A stretch of 63,256 nucleotides of DNA, counting the filler, from Saprolegnia diclina VS20 (taxonomy: Eukaryota): NCBI RefSeq assembly GCF_000281045.1. It is 12 parts of 6 records of this genome, joined end to end, with 100 filler letters (N's around TTAATTAATTAA, not from the genome) between each part and the next. Parts side by side here need not be neighbours in the genome. Positions count along the whole stretch, not along the records: positions 33,454 to 54,237 come from NW_008246211.1; positions 54,338 to 57,203 come from NW_008246211.1; 10 more parts are not named here. One strand, given 5' to 3'. A model generated the notes under the pieces. That model saw only the letters and a program-made list of their open reading frames with translations. It was not told the DNA's origin and made no database searches. Positions 44,470-55,799 of the stretch are shown here, one piece after another. The translations under genes were made by a program, and so were the position numbers. Each line of letters opens with the position of its first letter. Position 1 is the first letter of the stretch.

Positions 44470-46993
44470 CTACGCCTCGGTAACCTCGAATTGGTGCTTG
44501 TCCAAAAGGCCGGCGAGGGCAACGGCGGTCGGGCGCTTCTCGGGCTCGGTCGCCAAGCATCGTTGCGCAATCTCAATGAGCCAGATCGGCGACCGCGCCC
44601 AATCAAAGTCCGGCACGAGCTGGCCTTTCGTGACGAGCTGCATGACCTTGTCTTGCGTCAAGACGCGACCCGTCGACGGGTCCAGCGTCCGCGCATACGG
44701 CGCGTGGTGGGTCGAAAATTCGGTCAAGAGTACCCCTACCCTCGATGCATCACCCACCCCTAGCAACAACACTGCGTACCGAACGAGTAAATGTCGACCG
44801 ACGTGTTGTAGAGCGACCCAAGAATGAGCTCGGGGGCGGCCCATTGGTACGACCCGACGCCGTTGGTCATCGAGTGCTCGGACGTCTCGCGCGACGAGCC
44901 AAAGTCGTTGATCTTGGTGCCTTTGTCTGCGTCCAAGAGGACGTTCCGGGAGCGCAGATCGCGGTGGATGATCGGCGGATCAAACGTGTGGAGGTAGATG
45001 AGGCCGCGGACGACGCTGACGATCGCTTCCAGCTTGGCCGCCCACGTGTACGTCGTTGGCGAGTGCCGGGCCAAGTAGTCTTGGAGGTTGCCCCGGTTCA
45101 TGTACTCGAGCACGCACTCCATGTCGCGGGGCTCGTGCCAGCTGACGCCGATAAACTGNNNNNNNNNNNNNNNNNNNNNNNNNNNNNNNNNNNNNNNNNN
45201 NNNNNNNNNNNNNNNNNNNNNNNNNNNNNNNNNNNNNNNNNNNNNNNNNNNNNNNNNNNNNNNNNNNNNNNNNNNNNNNNNNNNNNNNNNNNNNNNNNNN
45301 NNNNNNNNNNNNNNNNNNNNNNNNNNNNNNNNNNNNNNNNNNNNNNNNNNNNNNNNNNNNNNNNNNNNNNNNNNNNNNNNNNNNNNNNNNNNNNNNNNNN
45401 NNNNNNNNNNNNNNNNNNNNNNNNNNNNNNNNNNNNNNGGGCGACCACACGGGCGGGTTGGCGTCGAACACGTCCTTCGTTGTCGGTGGCTTCTTGTCCT
45501 TGGTGCGTCGCTGGTGGCGCCAAATGAGATAGGCCAGACACGCCCCGATGAGAGCGAGGGCGAGACTGCCTAGTGTCCACATGAGAACTAGACACGGTCG
45601 AGTGAGTTGTGTTTCAGAAGATGAGGGAAATGTATTGCTACTCGGCGAGCTTGTAGATGACGACGATGGCGACAGAGGAGGAGCACTTGTCGCAGGAGCC
45701 ACCTCTACAGTATACGCGTGGTTAGGGTCTTGCAAATGGAGACGTTGACGGACGCGGAAGGGCGCAGACGTGGACGCTGTAAACTTTGTATTGTACAGGC
45801 CAGAGCCGACGCAGCGAGCCGCCAATGTTAGCGCAGGCGGTCGTGTCGGCGTTGATATCCCCCGACACCGAATAGCCTGCATTGTTGCTCGCGTTGTAGG
45901 GCGACAAGAGGTCGAGGGCGTCGCAGCTGTCACTGCTGAGCGAGATGTTGGAGAGGCTTTGAATGTTCTGTATATCGCTACACACAAAGAGCATCCGTCG
46001 CCTGCCATTCGTGGTGGATCTGCGTACAAGGTGACGAGCTTGGGCGAGAGCTTGACGAATGCAAACGTCTGGAGCGGGTTGGCCTCGAAACTCCTAGTTT
46101 CAATATCATGCGTCATGTCGTATATCGGGATAGCTGTACACATAGGTCATGTTGGTCCAGTCGTAGTTGACCACACTTGTCACGCGGTTTTCGCCCATTT
46201 CCCTATAGGCAAATTCGAGTCGTAATCAGAGTTGTCGGAGCGCGTACAGCCACGTCAAACTGGGAGGTAGACCATCGAGCGACGTGATCGAGTTGTTGTA
46301 GAGAGACCTAACCTCTCTATGAGGGATCAAAGAGGATAGGGTCGCACGTACAGACTGCGAAGCGCCGAGGGCAGGTTGGGTGGGATCTGACGGAGACCCA
46401 ATTTTACGAGCCTCCTAACCATATTGTCAAAATCGTATCCGATATTTCGCTGTGAGGTACAGATTTTTTATGGCACTCGGCCACACGAACGTGCTCGGCA
46501 ACGTAAGGGCACTCGCGTTCACAATGGCGCTAGCATACGAATGAGACAGCTGTTGTAGCTCAGCAACGTACAATGTCTGTAGTGACGACGGCAGTGCCTT
46601 GGCCAAGCGCACGACGTCGATCGACGTAAAGTTGTAGAGTTGACTAAGGAAGAGCGCCATGGTACGCAAACGACGACGGCGAGCAACGTACAGGCTCGTC
46701 AGCGTGGTCGGGAACATTACATTTTGAACGTCGATGGCACCTGTCGCATTGCTGATCAAGCTACACAGGAATGAGCGTCAAGGCCTTTTCAGCATTGGCG
46801 AGAAGAAGCACAGCTTGGTCGCGTTGTAGGCCAGGAGGTTGCCGAGAGCGCTAATGCCTGTAAAGCTCGTGTTGGCCGCGGCGTAGCGCTCGACGATGCG
46901 GCATGAGCTGTCGAGGACGCAGGTGGCGGCATCGCAGTAGCTGTCGGCAGCAAGGATCGCGTTGCCGGCGCCGGCGTACGGGCACGTGGTCAT
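44470..46993 (-). CDS. LRR receptor-like TKL kinase 2 (multi-exon, internal gap)
   Basis: MTTCPY cap, LRR exons, TM WTLGSLALALIGACLAYLIWRH, kinase motifs HRDLRSRN, DFG, WAAPE, DIYSFG and PEKRPTA. Stop at 44470. Confidence 0.9.
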
Positions 46994-47264
46994 GGTGCAA
47001 GCTGGTGCGTCGGGCTGGTGGAGCTCTTGCCAATGCGCTCTGGCCTCAGCAGGACTAGCAGCAATCTGATTGGCTCGTCATTCAAATGATCGTGGATGGG
47101 ATTGGTTGCGCCGCTCGGGTTCACGAGCGTGTGCAAAACAGACGCACCAATCAGCGCCAAGGAAGAGAAACATCCACCAATCGCAGGCCACATCTCTTTT
47201 CGAAGAGCCAATCACGAACGAGGTGAATCCTGCCCCACGCTCGCCAGAAAGGCAACAGGACTCG
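46994..47264. promoter_or_regulatory. Putative bidirectional promoter with six CCAAT/ATTGG boxes
   Basis: CCAAT at 47030, 47147, 47177, 47208 and ATTGG at 47069, 47101, all within the 271 bp between divergent ATGs. Confidence 0.6.
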
Positions 47265-48960
47265 ATGGCATCGACGCCGTGTCCGTACGCAGAGGCGGGT
47301 GCCAAGGTGCTCGTGGCCGACGACACCTGCGCCGGCGGTGTCTGCGTCGTCAACAGCAAGTGCAAAGTCGTGGACCGCTTCAACGACACTTTCGACACGT
47401 TTAGCAATCTCAGCGCCATCGGGCGATTCGACAAGTACACCAGGACTGCACTGTACGATGCTGCTATGGAGTACGAGGCACACGCCTCTAAAATGACATG
47501 TAGCACCGTGGAAGATTCGGCGAGCGTCGACCTGCGCCTCATGGAGCTGCCACCGAGCGTCACGTCGCTGTACGTTGGCTTTTGTGACGAGAACCAACGA
47601 TCGCGGCGTAGAACTTTCAGTGATATCGAGTCGTTGGACCTCACGCGCACCAAGCCGTTGCTTACCTTGACCAAAGTGTACGCTGGGTCTCAAAGAGCTT
47701 GGTCGAGCTGAGAGCACCGTAGATGGATGGAGTATGTCTCGTTGAAGACGTTACCGGCGACGTATGTGTGGCCGCCCAAGCTCTTTGACTTGTACTACAT
47801 GCTCATGGTGTTGGCAAGCGCTAGCATGTCTGCTGCGTAGAGCGATCACGTTTAGCGACCTCTCGCGTATCCCCCCGAACTTGCCCCCTAGCTTGGGATC
47901 GCTGTACGTTGTTGTGGTCGCTATCTGACTAGACAAACATATCGATCATAGAAACCTCGAGATGAGCAACATTTCGAGCCTCCAGAACCTACCACCCAAC
48001 GTGACCCTCCTGTACACTGCGACCGGCGGGTCGACACCTGATCCCTAGTCGTTGTAGGGGCCTGCGAGACAACTACTTGACCGAAATCGTCGGCCACGAC
48101 TGGACGAGCATGGCGCTATTGTATGTAGCAGTATACACTCTAGTATGAAACGCTGGCGTAGGGACTTAGCGCGCAACCCACTACATACCTTTGCCTTTGT
48201 CAAGCTCTCGCGTGCGCTCACCATGTTGTACGATCCATTTCTGTATCTTTACGGAAATCACTGTGTGTATCGTAGCAGCTGCGAAGGCTGCAACTTGACC
48301 AACTTGACCGTGTCGGACTCGACGTTTGAAGTGCTCAAGCAGCTCCCGCAATGGGATCGCAACGAGGACCAGCCCTACGGCTACATGATGGACAGATCGG
48401 TGCACCCGGACCCTGTCGCCTGCCGCGCCATCCACGGGTCGATCCAGATGCTTTGGTCGATCTACAAGGGAACCATCAACGCCTGTGTCGTTCCAGGTAC
48501 TGAATCGTCTCGTCCATGCACCGTGCTATGTTGTCCGAGTTAGAAGCGGCCCCCTCGCCCTCATTGGCCCCCTCACCGCCTACAAACCCCAACACGGACT
48601 TTCGTACTACCATCTTCCATCTATTCCACGACTCGAGACCGCTACGTTAGGGTTTGGTGTGTACTGCGGCATTGGCGCCACTCTCGGTGTCTTGCTGATC
48701 GTCCTTGGTGCTCTGCTTTTCTGGCGCCGACGTCGCTCGCACGACGACGACCTCGACGACGTACCCGATTCGGGTGCCGATGCGCGCACGCAGTCGCAGC
48801 CACGCCGCCGACGCCCACAGCGCGCCCTTGGCCAACGTGAGGCTGGTCCCGAGCTCGACATTGCCGCGCTTCGGCCGTACAAGCTTGCGCTGCACGAGCT
48901 CACGACAGTCTCGCAGCGGCCGCTCGGCGCAGGTGCGTTTGGCGAAGTCTGGCTCGGTCG
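47265..48960 (+). CDS. LRR receptor-like TKL kinase 3 (3' end in gap)
   Basis: Exons 47265-47452, 47504-47569, 47612-47677, 47723-47791, 47841-47903, 47952-48011, 48058-48120, 48162-48227, 48276-48496, 48544-48603 and 48651->48960 splice in frame. TM IGATLGVLLIVLGALLFW; GAGAFGEVW. Confidence 0.9.
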
Positions 48961-50386
48961 NNNNNNNNNNNNNNNNNNNNNNNNNNNNNNNNNNNNNNNN
49001 NNNNNNNNNNNNNNNNNNNNNNNNNNNNNNNNNNNNNNNNNNNNNNNNNNNNNNNNNNNNNNNNNNNNNNNNNNNNNNNNNNNNNNNNNNNNNNNNNNNN
49101 NNNNNNNNNNNNNNNNNNNNNNNNNNNNNNNNNNNNNNNNNNNNNNNNNNNNNNNNNNNNNNNNNNNNNNNNNNNNNNNNNNNNNNNNNNNNNNNNNNNN
49201 NNNNNNNNNNNNNNNNNNNNNNNNNNNNNNNNNNNNNNNNNNNNNNNNNNNNNNNNNNNNNNNNNNNNNNNNNNNNNNNNNNNNNNNNNNNNNNNNNNNN
49301 NNNNNNNNNNNNNNNNNNNNNNNNNNNNNNNNNNNNNNNNNNNNNNNNNNNNNNNNNNNNNNNNNNNNNNNNNNNNNNNNNNNNNNNNNNNNNNNNNNNN
49401 NNNNNNNNNNNNNNNNNNNNNNNNNNNNNNNNNNNNNNNNNNNNNNNNNNNNNNNNNNNNNNNNNNNNNNNNNNNNNNNNNNNNNNNNNNNNNNNNNNNN
49501 NNNNNNNNNNNNNNNNNNNNNNNNNNNNNNNNNNNNNNNNNNNNNNNNNNNNNNNNNNNNNNNNNNNNNNNNNNNNNNNNNNNNNNNNNNNNNNNNNNNN
49601 NNNNNNNNNNNNNNNNNNNNNNNNNNNNNNNNNNNNNNNNNNNNNNNNNNNNNNNNNNNNNNNNNNNNNNNNNNNNNNNNNNNNNNNNNNNNNNNNNNNN
49701 NNNNNNNNNNNNNNNNNNNNNNNNNNNNNNNNNNNNNNNNNNNNNNNNNNNNNNNNNNNNNNNNNNNNNNNNNNNNNNNNNNNNNNNNNNNNNNNNNNNN
49801 NNNNNNNNNNNNNNNNNNNNNNNNNNNNNNNNNNNNNNNNNNNNNNNNNNNNNNNNNNNNNNNNNNNNNNNNNNNNNNNNNNNNNNNNNNNNNNNNNNNN
49901 NNNNNNNNNNNNNNNNNNCAAACTGAACAGCAATCTCAATGTCAAGGCGAACACCAGAACGAGCAAGGCTGCCATGACCATGGGAGAGTGATGCAGAGAG
50001 AAATGGGTCGCTGCGGTGGCGCACTAGCACTCGAGTAGTTGACCATACAAACGTTCAACTATCTTCTTGCTTTGCTCAACCTCGCTGACGGCCAATTGAG
50101 ATGCAATCTCGAAGTTTCGATCGTACAGAAGCATCCCTTTATAACGCCCATGCCCTTGTTGCGGTTCCGTGATGCAGACAAGCGCATCGTTATGCTTGGC
50201 GAGATAGTGGTATAGGGACTGGTCCCCCAGCAACAATTTTATAGTACATTCGATCCGTGCACCTACAGCTCGACCAGCGCCATGACTCATTGTCCCGCGC
50301 TCCTGATTGCGACACGCATGTATGACAATATCGTCCACTATGGATCGTTTCATCTGTTTCGGTCCACAAGACACGCATTTTCAACG

Positions 50387-52528
50387 TTACAGCAGTCGCA
50401 CGCGCTTGTGGCCATCGACCCGATCGTAGAAAAGCGGTCCGTCCTCGCAACCATAGAAAAGGCTCGTGCGATCGGAGGGGCGAAACAAGGATGCACACGG
50501 CGGGCCATGCGTCATCAGATACTGCAGCACTCGTTTGCGACTGCACCGCGTCGCTGCTTCGATCGCAAATGGCGTCAGTGGGTAGCCGCAGGTCTCGACC
50601 ACGAGGCGAAGCAGCGCGAGGTGGCCCTTGGCCGCTGCCCGCACCACGATACGCTCTTGCACGCGCTCGGGCAGCGCGATTGGGAACGCTGTCACGATCA
50701 TGCGCCAGAGGTCCACGTTGCCACACGTCGCTGCGTTGAGATGCAGCACGTGGAGCTCGACCATGACCTCGTCGCTTGTAAGATTGGGGCGCCAGCAGCG
50801 GCGCGCTAGGACGTACTCGACAACGGCACCGTGGTTGGCGAGGATCGCTTTCGAGAGAAACTGGCGGTGGCTGCAGCGAAGGCCACGCTCACGGTCGCAT
50901 AACGTGACGACGGCCAAGTGCCCCGACGCAATCGCGCCGTCCATGCCATGGGCACTCAAACCCCGTCCGTGCGCGAGCAGGTACCGAAGCGTCTCGAGGT
51001 GACCATTGCTGGCAGCCCAGTCGGCGGCCCGACCAGATACATGCCTGCACGGACGATAGTCGACGATGCGAAAGGTCGTTTCGTCGGGCCCATCTGGGAG
51101 CGAGACAATGACCCAATCGTGGCGTGCGTACTCAATCGCGTCGTCGTCGTCACCGATGGCGTGTACGAGGTGCTGGACAATCTGGAAGTGGTTGTTGGAG
51201 GCCGCCATCGCAAGTGCCGATCGTGTCGACACCAGGCCACCGACTTCGACGAGCCAGCGCACCACGTCCTCGTGTCCCATACACGCTGCGAGCTGTATGG
51301 CACTCGGGTCGTGGGCAAGGCGTCCGTGGCGGTGGAGCCATCGCAGCACGTGTACATGGCCGTAGTAGCTCGCAAACCGCGTTGCTTGGTAGGTTTTGCA
51401 ATCCAGACGGCTGTCGTGCAAGAGCTGCAGCGCAATTTCGTCGCCAAAGCAAGCCGCCAAGTCCATGGCCTCGCAGCGGTCCCAAAACACAAAGTTGGCG
51501 TCGTCGTTGGGGGGTCGCCACGCCACGTCCGCTTCGGGCGCGTACGTTTGACGAAGGACGTGGAGGGCGTAGCGAAGCATTGCATGGTTCCGCTGCGCAG
51601 CCGCCATCTCGATCACTTGCGGCGTGACGGTTTGGTAGCCGCGGTCACAACAGTAGCGCAGCGACGCAAGCCCGAGGCGTTGCGTCAACTTACAGAGACC
51701 GAGCGCGTCGACGACAATAATGGGTGCCACCAAATCGAGAGCCTTGAGGTGAGACGTGCCCAACACGCAGCGCGTTCGAGTGGCATCGTACACCGTGGAG
51801 GCTAGAAGCATCACATCGGTGTGCTTATAGCCGTGCTGCAGCAAAAAGCGGACGATTGGCGCGTGGCCATTCCGCACGGCTGTCGTCACCGCGGCATCCG
51901 AGCAGCCTTCGGTTCTTGTTTCGTGGAGAAAGATGACGACGTCCAGGTGGCCGTTCATGGCTGCACCGTCCATTGCAGTGGCCGTGCACGCCACACCGGC
52001 TTCGTGCAGCCAACGCAAAAGCGTCAATTCGCCCGACATGGCCACGAGATTCATCATCTTGGGCGTCGCAAGCTCCGGACACCGTTCATACAAGAGTCGC
52101 AAAATGGCTCCTTGGGACGATGCCGCCGCGAGCTCGAGCGCGCCCGACGAAACGAGCGCTGGCGCGTGTCGAAGCCAGAGCTCGACGATCGCCATGTTGC
52201 CTTCGACAATCGCGAGGTGCAGCGCCAAGGCCGGGTCAACCTTCGTCGGCGAGACAAAAAGTGCGTGGTGCGAGAGCTTCTCTCTCGGGTGCTTGTACCG
52301 CTGGAGGTACGGCAGGCGCGCAAACCGCGTCGGGATGTTGGTGAGATACCCGAATGACTTTTGAACGATCGGAAAGCGCCGGCAGGTCGGGCGATGAACG
52401 ATGAACGGCACAAACTCGATCGTGTCGACGATTTGCTGGAACGCAGCCAAGGCGTGCGGCAGCCCAATTTGGTAGGCGACGATGGCAGCCACGAGGTCGA
52501 GCGACCGGAGCACAGTGCTTGCCGCCAT
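50387..52528 (-). CDS. Ankyrin repeat protein (713 aa, intronless)
   Basis: Repeated AMDGAAMNGHLDVVIFLH / AASNGHLETLRYL units and N-terminal VLRSLDLVAAIVAYQIG motif. Confidence 0.9.
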   Translation of the reverse strand: MAASTVLRSLDLVAAIVAYQIGLPHALAAFQQIVDTIEFVPFIVHRPTCRRFPIVQKSFGYLTNIPTRFARLPYLQRYKHPREKLSHHALFVSPTKVDPALALHLAIVEGNMAIVELWLRHAPALVSSGALELAAASSQGAILRLLYERCPELATPKMMNLVAMSGELTLLRWLHEAGVACTATAMDGAAMNGHLDVVIFLHETRTEGCSDAAVTTAVRNGHAPIVRFLLQHGYKHTDVMLLASTVYDATRTRCVLGTSHLKALDLVAPIIVVDALGLCKLTQRLGLASLRYCCDRGYQTVTPQVIEMAAAQRNHAMLRYALHVLRQTYAPEADVAWRPPNDDANFVFWDRCEAMDLAACFGDEIALQLLHDSRLDCKTYQATRFASYYGHVHVLRWLHRHGRLAHDPSAIQLAACMGHEDVVRWLVEVGGLVSTRSALAMAASNNHFQIVQHLVHAIGDDDDAIEYARHDWVIVSLPDGPDETTFRIVDYRPCRHVSGRAADWAASNGHLETLRYLLAHGRGLSAHGMDGAIASGHLAVVTLCDRERGLRCSHRQFLSKAILANHGAVVEYVLARRCWRPNLTSDEVMVELHVLHLNAATCGNVDLWRMIVTAFPIALPERVQERIVVRAAAKGHLALLRLVVETCGYPLTPFAIEAATRCSRKRVLQYLMTHGPPCASLFRPSDRTSLFYGCEDGPLFYDRVDGHKRVRLL

Positions 52529-53189
52529 GCTTTTTTCAAACTGACACAACCCCACGCGTGGCGTCGTCTGCGACAAGTCACATCTCTGCGCAAGAGTCAC
52601 ACATGCACACCCATCTCGGGTGGACTGAGTCTGCTGTCGAGCAGGCCATTTCGCCCGTTAGGGGATATCCTTCCGAGGCAGTCGCGTGTGGCGCCGCTAA
52701 ATGCCAAGCGAATTCCGGAGGTCCTCTCTGTTGTACGAGGCACCGTTCCCAAGTGTGCGCGTACGTGGTTTGCCCCAGTGTCAGTTTTCNNNNNNNNNNN
52801 NNNNNNNNNNNNNNNNNNNNNNNNNNNNNNNNNNNNNNNNNNNNNNNNNNNNNNNNNNNNNNNNNNNNNNNNNNNNNNNNNNNNNNNNNNNNNNNNNNNN
52901 NNNNNNNNNNNNNNNNNNNNNNNNNNNNNNNNNNNNNNNNNNNNNNNNNNNNNNNNNNNNNNNNNNNNNNNNNNNNNNNNNNNNNNNNNNNNNNNNNNNN
53001 NNNNNNNNNNNNNNNNNNNNNNNNNNNNNNNNNNNNNNNNNNNNNNNNNNNNNNNNNNNNNNNNNNNNNNNNNNNNNNNNNNNNNNNNNNNNNNNNNNNN
53101 NNNNNNNNNNNNNNNNNNNNNNNNNNNNNNNNNNNNNNNNNNNNNNNNNNNNNNNNNNNNNNNNNNNNNNNNNNNNNNNNNNNNNNNNN

Positions 53190-54237
53190 CGGCAGTGTAC
53201 CAAACGAGTAGACGTCGGCCGACGTGTTGTAAAATGTGCCAAGGATGATCTCGGGCGCCATCCACTGGTGGGTGCCAATGCAGCTCGTCAGCACATCGTC
53301 ATCGTCGTCACAGCCCCGTGCGACGCCAAAGTCGGTGAGCTTCGTGCCCTTGACCGAGTCGAGAAGGACGTTGCGCGACTTGAGGTCGCGGTGGATGATT
53401 GGCGGGTCGCAGCTGTGAAGGTAAACGAGACCCTGGACAACGCGACCAATCGAGTCGAGCTTGGCGTCCCACGCAAAGGCCGCGGACGACTGTCGGCCGA
53501 GGTACGAGCGGAGGTCGCCTTGGTCCATGTACTCGGTCACGCACTCGACGTCAATGGGCCGGCGCCAGCTCGCGCCGACGAAAGCGACGATGCAGTCGTG
53601 GTCGAGGCTATCGCAAATCAAAGTGAAAATGATGGACAAAAGTGTCTGCGCACCTGGCGACAAGCTTGATTTCGTCGATAAAGCCGGCGACATGCTTCTT
53701 GCTTCGGCTCTTGACGCGCTTGATAGCGACGAGCTGCGTCTTGTACCGACCGAGCCAGACTTCGCCAAACGCACCTGCGCCGAGCGGCCGCTGCGAGACT
53801 GTCGTGAGCTCGTGCAGCGCAAGCTTGTACGGCCGAAGCGCGGCAATGTCGAGCTCGGGACCAGCCTCACGTTGGCCAAGGGCGCGCTGTGGGCGTCGGC
53901 GGCGTGGCTGCGACTGCGTGCGCGCATCCGTAGCCGTATCCTGCGTGTGCTCGAGGTAGCCGTCATGCAATGCCGGTGCTCGTCGATGGTGCCGGCGCCA
54001 GAAAAGCAGCAGAGCACCAAGGACGATCAGCAAGACACCGAGAGTGGCGCCAATGCCGCAGTACACACCAAACCCTAACGTAGCGGTCTCGAGTCTTGGA
54101 ATAGATGGAAGACGGTAGTACGAAAGTCTGCGTTGGCGTTCATCGGCAGCGAGGGGGCCGCTGTGGGTGCGTCTAAGACTATCCAGCAAAGTGTATGGAC
54201 GAGACGATCAAGTACCTGGCACCACGCAGGCGTTGAT
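53190..54237 (-). CDS. LRR receptor-like TKL kinase 4 fragment (TM + kinase), close inverted paralog of kinase 3
   Basis: TM helix, GAGAFGEVW, VAIKR, HRDLKSRN, DFG, WMAPE, DVYSFG. Both ends lie in gaps. Confidence 0.88.
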
Positions 54238-54337
54238 NNNNNNNNNNNNNNNNNNNNNNNNNNNNNNNNNNNNNNNNNNNNTTAATTAATTAANNNNNNN
54301 NNNNNNNNNNNNNNNNNNNNNNNNNNNNNNNNNNNNN

Positions 54338-55527
54338 TAGCATCGAGGAAACGCACTCATGACGTCCGTGTCGACCGGCAGGACGCAAATGGTGTAGTTG
54401 GAAGGCGGCCAGAGCGTGTGAATGGTACCGTGAAAGACGCGGCAGTAGTCGATATTTTGATGCAGACTACGGACGCGGTACCCAGCACTGTCATTGGATG
54501 CTGGCGCCAACGCGCGCAAGGCGACCAACGCCGGCGGTTGCATCGAAAAGACTGTCAGATCGCAGTCTTTGCACGAACTACACCACCATGAGACATTCAA
54601 GTCCTTCAAAAGACAAACGCTCTTAGTACAAGTAGCGCAGCGTGTGCGGCGTCGCGTTGAAATTGAAGAGCTGCGTGATCCCGCTGAGCTCGCTGGGAAG
54701 AAACTTTGTGAATCCAAAGTCATAGAGAAAGTAGAGAATAAGGGATAGACATACACCGTCTCAAGCGCCGATAGCTTGCCAAGATCGTTGAGCTTGTGAA
54801 AAGTGCTGTTGAAAGCCGACCTAGAGGCAGTGGTGACCGTGGGATTGACGCGGAGGTCAGCGCTACAGGTGGCGAAGCGTCGAAGGTACAAACCAAGGCC
54901 ACTCGAACATCGTAGTGTTGCGAAAGGACCTACTCGACCCATTTAACAATGAGCGATGGACGTCAAGCGCACAGTTCTTCGAGGCGCCGGAAGCGGTTTA
55001 AGTTCACGCTCGCGCCCAGATAACAGCCCTCAAACGACCTAGGTTGACGTCAACCAAGAACACAGAGGCCACACTCACAGGTGTCGGAGTCCTCGGGGCA
55101 GCGCGAGGCCACTCAGCGCAGTCGTCGTTGTCTCGGACGCCAGGATGCTGCTCGTAAAAGCCCTAAAGTCATAGTAGCATCTACACAATGCCAGAGGCAA
55201 ATCGTAGCGTACAGTCCTTGAAGCCCCGACGGCATCTGCTGGTACCGGTGCAGCGACGAGTCAATATCCAAGTCGACAAGCTCTCTACGTAGTCTTGAGT
55301 GCCATCGATTGACGAGATGAGAGGGCGCACAGGTGCGGGTGGGGGTAGCGCGAGAAATCGCCGAGGCGCCAGCCCGACCGCAGCTCAAAGCGTGTCGAGT
55401 TAGCTGCCACCTCATGACGCACCGCGCAGTTGCTATCGACGACGCAGATGACGGTACCATCGGCGCACGAGCCGTCGGCCGTAAGCACGACATCGACGCC
55501 AACGTCCCCGTACTTGCACGAGGCCAT
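54338..55527 (-). CDS. LRR receptor-like gene 5, ectodomain (3' part beyond gap)
   Basis: MASCKY..LTADGSC....CVVDSNC cap, short LRR exons, and C-terminal cap SCKDCDL...CRVFHGTIHTLW..ICVLP as in the paralogs. Confidence 0.75.
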
Positions 55528-55799
55528 AGCAATGTCGCGTGTCCCATGGCGCGCGCCAATCACAAACGGCAACCGTGTCCACACCGTTTGTTGATTGGTC
55601 AATCGCATTTATGATTTATCATACTCGTCTCATACACCTTATGTGGTTTCTAACCGACAGTTTGTACTAGATATCCTATTTCCGTATTCCAGTACTCCTA
55701 AACGACTTTGAGACGAATGCAATAATAATATTCATATTGAGAGTTATTCGAGAATATGCAGTGCCGGCTGGAGCAGACAGGACTGTCCAACACACCCCA

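Noticed and set aside
53190..55527. Single RLK gene joining ectodomain 54338-55527 to kinase 53190-54237
   Set aside because: Both pieces contain the equivalent C-cap end (TICVLP vs INACVVP) and are separated by an artificial spacer, so they are treated as different genes.
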